Assembly (NCBI GenBank): GCA_951406725.2
Contig: OX597815.1
Coordinates: forward strand, 127,162,001-127,226,000
Origin: Octopus vulgaris
Taxonomy: Eukaryota
Direction of reading: 5' to 3'
DNA: 64,000 bases
Below are positions 25,810 to 35,782 of the stretch, piece after piece. Each line of letters starts with the position of its first letter. The stretch's first letter is position 1. Below the pieces are notes generated by a model. It saw only the letters and a program-made list of their open reading frames with translations. It was not told where the DNA came from and did not search any database. Made by a program: the position numbers and the translations under genes.

Positions 25810-26036
25810 CAACATGGCGGAACGCAAATCGCGTGTGTAGTGAGTTTTTACAATTTTCCTTAGTGTATATTTTCTACGTTATATTATACTGTGTGTCTAT
25901 TTGTCTTTGTTTATTGCTGTACATCTGTTGAAGTCAGCCTTCGTGCGAGGACTTCGTGGTGGTGTTCCCCCCTCCGTGGGGGAAAAATATCAGTTATCTT
26001 GGATTTACCAAGGGCTTGTTAAGCCAGTTGTTCGAG

Positions 26037-27351
26037 ATGGAATCCCCAATCTCATATTCTCCCGTGACTAGTGAAGAAGAATCTCCGGCGGTGTCGCCAA
26101 AGAAAAAAGAGGCGGTGTCGCCAAAGAAAAAGAGGCGGTGGCGCCAAAGAAAAAAACCCCTGCACCAGCACCAGCACCAGCGAAAAAATTCTCAGAAGTA
26201 GCTGCTAAGAAAATTTAAAAAATAAACGTCGAAGACTTAAAGAAATATGCGGACTGTGTTACAAAAGAGGGCACGGAAGTGACAGTGGTCACAAACGCCC
26301 AAAAACATGAAGAAATCGAAAAAAGAAGAATAATCTATAAGACCTTTAATACGACAACCAAAATGATACAAAAAATTGAGGAAAAAAAATCGAGAATTGT
26401 TTAAAACCATTAATGGACAAGATCACATACATCAACAGAGGAAAGAGATACGGCACAGTAGAGGTGCGTTTCACAACAGAGGAGATACCTAAAAAACTGT
26501 CTATGGAGCCAAAAAATGCAGAGAACATTGTTCTCCTCCCCTCGTATAGAGGAAAAAGAACATCAAAAATCACGATGAATAACATTCCGCCAGAGGTAGA
26601 TGCCGAATGTCTGGTGGCAGCAGTCATGGTAGGCCTGGAGGAAAAAATAAACATCCTCCAGGCCACAGTAGAGGAGGAGGAATTCTGGAAAGGGCAGCGG
26701 ATAGTAATAGACATTCAGGCAGAAATTCAAACACTGGAGGAGATTCCAGAAACTCTAAAAATAAGTGAAGAAGATAGAGTAACAGTTTTCGTAGAGGGCA
26801 GAAACCCGAGGTGCTTCGGCTGCGGCAAGAAGGGTCATGTAAGGGCGGAATGCCAACCCCAACCCAAACCGCAGGAAGCACCTCAGCCAGGTGGAAAAGA
26901 AGATGAAGTGTCACCAGAAGCAGCGCCGGGCGGCCCAGAAGGGACGACTGAAAGTGTGGAAGTGACAGAGGCAGCAGAACCAGCGGCAGAGGAAAAAAAG
27001 AGCAATGAGGAGGGGTGGTCAAAAATCACCAGGAAAAAAAGAAAAACGGAAACCACCCCTCCAAGAGTGATCCAAAAGAAGAAAAGAGAGTCGATGAACT
27101 CATATATGGCCGTTAAGGCATCAAACAACAGACTCGGGAACGTGTTGGCAGCTATGGACAAAGTGGAAAAAATAGGAAAAATGAATGACTATATAGTTTA
27201 CAGAATAGGCCGGAAGGATTACGGGCGGATAAAGTCCGAATTCTTTCATGACGTAGGCCCGCTCAGAATGGATTTAACATCTCCATATATATTCGAGGGC
27301 CTACGTCAGACTCCCCCACGAGTCCCAGAAAAAGAGATAAACAAAGAATAA
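26037..27351 (+). pseudogene. Unit 3 ORF1
   Basis: MESPISYSPVTSE start; ORF 26413..27351 with CCHC knuckle; frameshifts and stop upstream. Confidence 0.85.
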
Positions 27352-27387
27352 AAAGAAAAAACCGAACCACTGATATAAAGGTAAGTA

Positions 27388-29917
27388 ATGGATTACATTT
27401 ATGTTGGTTGTTTGAATGTGCGCGGCCTAGGAGCAAGCTGGAAGCAAAGTCGCTTCCTGCATGATATCAGGTCGCGTAATTTAGATGTAATTGTTGCTAC
27501 AGAAACCCGGTTAGAGGGACCAAGAGGTCTACTCCCGCTGTTTGACGGCTACGAGAGTTTTTTGTCTCCTGGCAGTCCTACTGGCGGGAGTGGGGTGTTG
27601 GTCCTAATAAAAAGAAACCGGGCCCGAGTGGTGGAAGCTCAGCATGGTAACGATGCCACGATTCGATCTATGACGAACCAACAAGGTGAGTTGATAAACG
27701 AGCCCGAGGAGATGTGTGAGGCCTTTCAGGAGCACTTCGCTCAGCTTTTCGGTGAGTGCGGCGGACTGGATAGGAGGAGGGCCTTTAGGGACCTACTCGA
27801 CGGGCTGCCGCGCTTATCGCGGCGAGATGCGGAGGGCTGTGAAGGGCCAATCACGCCTGAGAAGGTGGTTGAGGCAATGGCGGACTGCGGCGCGGGCAAG
27901 GCGCCGGGTTTGGATGGTCTACCCTATGAGTTATCTAAGAGTATGCCAGACTTGTTCGGGCACCTACTGGCGGAGGTCTATGCGAACTGGCAGCAGAACG
28001 GGCTTATACCCTGATCTGTGCGCCGGGGAGTAGTGACACTCGTCAGAAGGGACCCGAGCAAGGGGGAGTGCATTGATAATTTCAGGCCCATCACTCTGCT
28101 AAACACAGAGTTGAAGATTTTGTCCAAAGTGTTATCGAAAAGATTGGCGCGTGTCGCGGATGGTCTGATCGGGGAGGCACAGACATGTGCTGTTCCTGGC
28201 AGAACCATTCAGGATAATCTCCTTCTTATGCGGTACACTATAGAGGGGTTTAATAGTGATTCTGGCCAGGGTGGGGCACTGGTCCATTTAGACCAATCTA
28301 AAGCTTTTGATAGGGTCGACCATCGTTACCTGGTATCTGCCCTGGCACAGTTCGGGCTGAGCCTTGGCTTCCTCAGGTGGAATATACAAATTTACGATAA
28401 CATCGACTCGGTAGATCGGGTGAACGGCTTCTTGTCGAAGCCGTTCAAAATCAAGCGCTCGGTTCGTCAAGGGTGTCCGCTCTCTCCGCTTTTGTTTGTG
28501 ATGGCTCTTGAGCCATTACTGCGAAAACTGAGCGGCATCCCGAGACATCCAGGTAGTGGAAAATCGGTGTCAGCGTACGCGGATGACATCACCATCATTG
28601 TAACCGAAATGGACCACCTATGTAAAGTAGGCAAGGCCATAGAGGTTTACGAGACGGTGACAGGAGCAAAAGTTAATCGCGAAAAGTCAGTCGGCTTGCA
28701 ACTCGGCACCTGGAGAGGCAAGTCGATGCCTCCTGACAGCGTCGTGGGACGTTGGACGGAGGGTCCGATTAAATTGCTAGGGGTCTGGTTCGGTCCAGAC
28801 CTCCAAATAGAGAAGAATTGGGGCGAGGTATCGAGCAGGGTGGCTGCAGAAACCAAGACCTAGTCTTGGCGGTGGCTATCCCTGAAAGGGAGGGCGGAGG
28901 TGGCCAATGTGTTTATCGCATCGGTTATCACCTACCGCCTTTCCGTCGTTCCTTGCCCTGATTCGTGGTTGATCAAGTTGGAAAGACAGCTCTTCTACTT
29001 CTTGTGGAAGGGCGGGAAACCACTTGTGAAACGCTCTACTTGCTGTCAACAACCGTTAAAGGGTGGGCTAGGGATGCCTTGGCTGATGATGCGCAGACAT
29101 GCGCTGAGGTTAAGACATCTGTAGCTCTACCTGGATGGGGAACGGGTGAGGTCTCCGCTAGCAAAACTGATGTTTCCCAAGTTCACTAGTTTCGGTGGAT
29201 GGGAAACCTGGCTGAATCGTAGATCGAAACTTGGTACTTGGTACACGGAGTGTCGCAAGGCTCTCCTGCTATTCCGTCGCTCGGGCAACGCCTGCGGTGG
29301 GGGTTCCACCACATTCTTCTATAGAGGGTTGGTAGAGGCGGAATGTGAAGATACCTTGGGGGAAACCCTAGGTCTCGACGATAATCAGCTGGCCAGTCTG
29401 TTCCGACGTACGTTCAAGCCGAAGACACTGGACAACTTCCAGAAGTCTCTGGCATGGCAATGCTCTACCTGTTCGGGATAAACTCGCAAGGCACAGTGGC
29501 CAAGACAGCCCGATATGTCCAAGATGCGGGCGGGATAGGGAAACCGTCCCGCACGCTATTGTTCATTGTCCGGACGTGTCTGAGGTGTGGGTTTATGCCG
29601 AACAGCTGTTGTCAAGTACACGAAGAGTACAGCTGTCGACTGAGTCGATTACAAAAATTGACCCACCGGATTTCCTCGTGAATGAAGGTAAGTTTCGTTT
29701 TCTCGTTGTAGTAGCAATTGCGAAAGAGGTGATATGGAAGACGAGAATGAAAGGTTTACAGTCAGGCAAGTTCATCTCCGGCCCTGGTTTGAGGAATTAT
29801 TTCATCTTTCACCTGAAAAGGAAGATAGGGCTGGAGAGAATATGCCTGACTAGGAGAGTGTATGAAGAACGATGGAAAAATGTAGCACGAAAGTTGCGAA
29901 TGGATGTTACCACATAA
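27388..29917 (+). pseudogene. Unit 3 ORF2, endonuclease-deleted, multiple stops
   Basis: Stops at 28012, 28861 and 29122; 11-bp deletion near 29463; YADD retained. Confidence 0.9.
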
Positions 29918-30157
29918 ATGTAAAACCAGACGAAACCAAAGTATCAGTGGGGAGGCGGGGCTCGTGGGGTCCGAGCTAAACCCACTCCCACTCCATCCGT
30001 AATGTCTTCCGGTCTGTTCTCCATTCGATTTTTTATATTTTGTAATTTTTTGTAAATTTTTTAAATTCGCTTTGTTGTAAAACCCATTCGTGTATCTGAC
30101 CCCATCATCAGATTGTATTGTCCCATCTATGTTCGCCCCTTGTGGGTAATAATAAAA

Positions 30158-30475
30158 CAACATGGCGGAAAGCACCTTCGAAAAGTGTCTTGGTGCGACC
30201 ATGAAAGGTATCTATTCAGAGGCGGTAAATTCGCCACAATAGAAGCAAGGTTTGAGTCAACGGAGTGTGCAAGGGAGTACTCGACTCAAACTTGCAAAGT
30301 GGGAATATTTTATTTTTACCTTTATATCTGAGACATAGGACATCCCGGAAAAAAATTTTTAATGCCACCCCCCCCGCCCGAAGTAGAGGTAGGCTGGATT
30401 GTAGCCACACTTCTATACAAGAGGGAGGACAAGATACAATTGATCGAAATTACAAGAGACGGGCTAACAAATCCA
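30158..30475 (+). pseudogene. Right half of the split Tx1-like ORF1
   Basis: NMAESTFEKCLGATMK / RGGKFATIEARF / NILFLPLYLRHRTS / PEVEVGWIVATLL align with ORF1 of units 1-3. Confidence 0.8.
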
Positions 30476-30748
30476 GTCTGTTATATATTTTGAGTATTGT
30501 TATCACTAGCGATATCAGGATATAACTTTGTATTTTGTATTTTATGTGTAGATGTATATATATAGATGTACATGTAATATGTACACATATATATACACAT
30601 ATATACATGCACTAGCACTATGACCCGGCAACGACGGGTCTTTAATGCTAGTATATATATATAAAGGTATTTTTTTACTTCTATAACAATTGACTATGAC
30701 ACCTTCCTATACAATCTGATTAACCATACTTATAATATCTTATGCAGT

Positions 30749-31130
30749 TTTTAAGCATTTCAGCAGTAATTCCTAGAAAAAGTAATCTTTGTATATGGAA
30801 GATGCACTGGGAACACAAATGCTAAGGGCACACAGGAAACAGATTTTTTCAAATGCCAAGGAGGTTCTCTAGAGACATAGATAATTTCTGCTATCTTGGT
30901 GGCTAAACTAGCAGTGAAGCAAGATATTTTGAATGTTTAATTATTAGAATAAGAATAGGACAGAGAATATTCAGAGGACTATTAACTCCCAGAGTGAAAG
31001 TCAGATTGTATGATGCTTGGGCATGAAATGCAATGCTATTTGGTATGAGATGTGGGCACTGAACACAGAAGACATGTGAAGACTGGAGAAGAATGGAGGG
31101 AATATGCTCCCTTGGATCTACATCAATGTA
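30749..31130 (+). mobile_element. Old RTE fragment
   Basis: Degenerate homology to the RTE segment 32700-32960. Confidence 0.6.
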
Positions 31131-31295
31131 GATATCTTTTTTCAACCCGACTCATATCTGTTATTGATGACAGCCCCAACTCCATAATCACTTCTGTCTT
31201 CCCACTCACTTTAGCCTCTAACCTCCATCTCTACGACTGTCACTTGCCTTCCATCCCCATCCAATTTCAAAATTTGCACAGCATCTTATTACTTC

Positions 31296-33760
31296 TGATT
31301 TGTCCAGTGTGTGAGAGAGAATCGTGATGTGGTAGGGGAGAAATGTGTTCGCATGGATGATGGTTCACTTGCACTGAATGAGGATGCAAAGAGAGAGGTA
31401 TGGAGACACCATTATGAGAAGCTGCTAAATAAGGAAAATAAATGGGATAAAGAGAGTCTGCCAAATGTCGACCCAACAGAGGGACCAGCTATCCGAGTTG
31501 ACAGTTCCTTAGTAGTTAAGGCAATTAGAAGCATGAAGACAGGGAAAGCCCCAGGCCCATCAGGTATTTCTGCAGAGATGCTTAAAATATCTGGTAGTGT
31601 CGGCTATAGCCTAGTCACCCGTATAGTTAACCAGTTTACAAAGGTAAAGGTGACGCCTTAGATACAAATAATTACAGAGGTATCAAGCTTTTGGATCAGG
31701 TAATGAAGGTTACAGAGAGAGTCATAGCCCAACTGATTAGAAAGAGAGTCAGCTTGGATGAGATGCAGTTTGGTTTCGTGCCAGGGAAAAGCACCACTGA
31801 TGCCATATTTCTAGTGAGACAGCTGCAGGAGAAATACCTAGCCAAAGATAAGCCCCTGTACATGGCTTTCGTTGACATGGAGAAAGCCTTTGACAGGGTC
31901 CCCCAATACCTTATCTGGTAGTCAATGAGGAAACTAGGGATAGATGAATGGTTAGTGAGAGCTGTGCAAGCCATGTACAGAGACGCTGTAAGTAAGGTGA
32001 GGGTTGGCAACGAGTACACTAAAGAATTCAGGGTAGAGGTAGGGGTCCACAAAGGTTCAGTCCTCAGCCCCCTCCAATTTATCATAGTCCTCCAGGTAAT
32101 AATGGAGGAATTCAAGACAGGATGCCCCTGGGAGCTCCTATATGCTGATGACCTTGCTCTAATTGCTGAGTCACTATCAGAACTAGAGGCAAAGTTTCAA
32201 GTGTGGAGACAAGGATTAGAATCAAAGGGCCTTAAAATCAACCTAGCTAAAACCAAAGTCCTAATATGTAGGAAGACAGGCAAATCACAATATCTTGCTT
32301 CACTGCTAGTTTAGCCACCAAGATAGCAGACATTATCTATGTCTCTAGAGAACCTCCTTGGCATTTGAGAAAATCTGTTTCCTGTGTGCCCTTAGCATTT
32401 GTGTTCCCAGTGCATCTTCCATATACAAAGATTACTTTTTCTAAGAATTACTGCTGAAATGCTTAAAATGCTTCAGGTAGATGGCCCTACTCGATCTGTA
32501 GAAAAGGCATAGGTAGAAACTCTATAAGATGCACCAAATGTAAGCTATGGACACATAAGAGGTGCAGCAATGTCAAAGGAAGGCTAACTAGGAAGATAGT
32601 CTTTGTATGTGGTAGATGCTCAGGAGCAATAAACACTGAAAATGCTCTGAGACCAACTTCTATCACGTTTCAGGGAGAAAAACTAGAAATAGTTGATAGC
32701 TTCCATTACCTAGGTGACTAGGTCAGTAGCGGGGGTGGGTGTGCTGAAAGTGTAACTGCTAGAGTAAGAATAGCCTGGGCAAAGTTCAGAGAGCTCTTAC
32801 CTCTGCTGGTGACAAAAGGCCTCTCGCTCAGAATAAAAGGCAGACTGTATGACACATGTGTATGAACAGCCATGCTACATGGCAGTGAAACTTGGGCTGT
32901 AACTGCTGAGGACATGTGTAAGCTCGCAAGAAATGAAGCCAGTATGCTCCGATGGATGTGTAATGTCAGTGTTCATACTCGACAGAGTATAAATACCTTG
33001 AGAGAAAAGTTGGACCTAAGAAGCATCAGTTGTGGTGTGTAAGAGAGACGTTTGCGCTGGTATGGTCATGTAGCGAGAATGGATGAAGATAGTTGTGTGA
33101 AAAAGTGCCACACCCTAGCGGTTGAGGGAACCTGTGGAAGAGGTAGACCCAAGAAAACCTGGGACGAGGTGGTGAAGCCGACCTTCGAACATTAGGTCTC
33201 ACCGAAGAAATGACCAGAGACCGAGACCTTTGGAAGTATGCTGTGTGGGGGAAGACCTGGCAGGACAAGTGAGACCATAACCCATGGCTACCTGGGACGT
33301 AGCCAACCCACTTATGTATACCTTTCCTTCTTGTGACACAATCCCTACTTGTGAAGACCTGTAGAGGCAAGTGAAAAGGAAAATCAAAATCAAAATCAAA
33401 ATCAATCAACATCAATGGAAATTGCAGCTGTGATATAGTGCCGATGGCATGTAAGAGAACCATCCGAACGTGGCCGTTGCCAGCACTGCCCCGACTGGCC
33501 TCCGTGCAGGTGGCACATAAAATGCACCATCTGATCATGGCCGTTTGCCAGCCTCGTCTGGCACCTGTGCAGGTGGCACGTAAAAAGCACCTACTACACT
33601 CACAGAGTGGTTGGCGTTAAGAAGAGCATCCAGCCGTAGAAATACTGCCAGATCAGACTGGGCCTGGCGCAGCCTTCTGGCTTCCCAGACCCCATTTGAT
33701 CCATCCAACCCATGCTAGCATGGAAAACGGACGTTAAACGATGATGATGATGATGATGAT
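31296..33760 (+). mobile_element. RTE-clade LINE, 5'-truncated, containing a 180-bp inverted insertion
   Basis: KAPGPSG, QFGFVPG, DMEKAFDRV, YADD motifs; (GAT)n tail. Confidence 0.92.
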
Positions 33761-34278
33761 ACTCTCCACACCTCCTATGCTGCTGCTTATCACTCTTCCT
33801 TTCTGAGCCACTTCTATTTCTCTCACTCTCCCACTTCAATACTGATATTTACTATCAGCTACACCTCCACCCTTGTTCATCACTCACTACAGCTAATTCC
33901 AGCTCCATCTCTACCTATCAATATTCTCTCATACTCTTATGAAATTACCCTTCTGGTCCTCTTCCCTCCTGATCTACTACCTATTTTCTCCTTCATATTT
34001 ACCTTCTTATATTTTGAGAGTACACTCTGGTACTCATCCCCACCATCCTTATCTCCCACCTACTATCACTCACCCTCATGTGATATAGGGTAGCCATGTA
34101 TCTCCTCTATAGCAAAATACCTCTGCTTGTCACTCTATCATACTTCTGCCTCCAATACCAGCCATAAAGTCACCTCATTTCTCAAATACATGTCCACTCA
34201 GTCGAGGAGACATTTTCTTTGTTTTCTTTTTTGTCTTGCAAGTAACTTGGCAACTTCACCATTGGTTGTGCCATAAAA

Positions 34279-34680
34279 GGCTGTGTGGTAAGTAGCTTGC
34301 TAACCAACCACATGGTTCCGTGTTCAGTCCCACTGCGTGGCATCTTGGGCAAGTGTCTTCTGCTATAGCCCCGGGCCGACCAATGCCTTGTGAGTGGATT
34401 TGGTAGACAGAAACTGAAAGAAGCCTGTCGTATATATATATATACACATATATATGTATGTGTGTGTGTAGTTTTGTGTCTAAGTTTGTCCCCCTAGCAT
34501 TGCTTGACAACCGATGCTGGTGTGTTTACGTCCCCGTCACTTAGCGGTTTGGCAAAAGACCGATAGAATAAGTACTGGGCTTACAAAGAATAAGTCCCGG
34601 GGTCGATTTGCTCGACTAAAGGCGGTGCTCCAGCATGGCCGCAGTCAAATGACTGAAACAAGTAAAAGAGTAAAAGAGTA
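34279..34680 (+). mobile_element. tRNA-derived SINE(s) with internal microsatellite and LINE-like 3' tail
   Basis: Box A/B head; 3' stem-loop CAGTC-AAAT-GACTG and (GAGTAAAA)n tail; related partial copies at 15265-15425 and 38318-38470. Confidence 0.8.
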
Positions 34681-35363
34681 ATACACACTGTAAAGTGACT
34701 GACACTAGGAAGGGTACCCAGCCATAGAAATTATGCCAAAGTTGACATTGGAACTTACTGTCAAACTGTCCAGCCTATACCAGCAAATAAAATGAACATT
34801 AAATGATGATGATGTATAAGTATGTGTTTGTGTGAATGTATGGAAGTGAGTTCATATTTCCCTTTTTCTTGATATCTTTGCTGCCATTAGCAAAGCATGT
34901 CCAAACTATTTGTTGCTAAAGAAACTGCAAAATTATTTTCTTTGAAAATATGTGAGAGTTGAGCACCTCATTGAAATTCATATACTTTTGGTGCAAGCAG
35001 AAAGAATAAAGAGAAAGGAACTGATTTGTTTGACCAGACAGACATTGTTCAATGTCCTCTTACCATGCTGGCATGGGTTGGACGGTTTGACTGGAGCTGG
35101 TGAATCTGGAGCCTGTGCTATGCTTCTGTGTGCTGTTTTGGCATGGTTTTTTATGGTTGGATGCTCTTCTTAAAATCAATATTCCGTTGAGTGGGCTGGT
35201 CTACAAAATTTCAACTTAAAACCATAAAATAAATATAGAAAACTTAAGAACTTACTACAGATTTGACATGTGTGTATGAATGTGTATATATATTATACTG
35301 TTACCATTTCATTTCAATAAGAATGGAAACCCACGAAAAGATAATTTAAGTTTAAATACTTAC

Positions 35364-35483
35364 AAATACTAGTACTGTATATTCAAAAAAGTTTCTTGTT
35401 TCATAGTCCAGTGCTTTTACTACTGTGATGAAACCTTTAACTTCATTTTCAATTTTCATGTAGTCTTCAATTCCTTTTGAATT
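35364..35483 (-). CDS. Cadherin-related gene, coding exon 2 (NSKGIEDYMKI...GFITVVKALDYETRNFFEYTVLVF)
   Basis: AG acceptor at 35485-35484, GTAAGT donor at 35363-35358, 120 bp, phase 0/0; LDYE motif; not in the ORF track. Confidence 0.9.
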
Positions 35484-35747
35484 CTACAAGTAAAAGAAAA
35501 TGAAATGTTTAAGTTTCATTATTTGTTTTTTTATTTGTTAATAATGTGTGTATTTACTTGTTAATCATTATTAATATTTCAGTAGTCTTTTTTAATTTGC
35601 TTTCAAGGCACAATCAACCACAGTCTTAGTTGCTTTAAAGTACATGCAATGATTTGTTTAATATTTGTCTTACATTGCATTAAGTGTTCCATATAATATG
35701 TATGCGGTACATAGTAGTGAGATTTCTGTATATAGCATGAGCATGTA

Positions 35748-35782
<35 letters not shown>

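Larger units (their letters stand above)
25823..30157 (+). mobile_element. Tx1-clade retrotransposon, unit 3 (internally deleted)
   Basis: Colinear with unit 1; 855-bp deletion in ORF2; same 3' tail. Confidence 0.92.
17942..30651 (+). mobile_element. Non-autonomous Helitron-like element interrupted by the Tx1 array
   Basis: 5' A|TCTTTATATATAAAA at 17941-17942; 3' hairpin GACCCG-N7-CGGGTC then CTAG|T at 30648-30652; (AT)n on both sides; internal direct repeat of about 147 bp (17989/18136). Pairing of the two ends is inferred. Confidence 0.55.

Noticed and set aside
23834-30170. Recurring 60-bp tail plus junction read as LTRs or a CRISPR-like repeat
   Set aside because: The spacers are kilobase non-LTR elements; no TG...CA ends, PBS, integrase or cas genes; eukaryotic context
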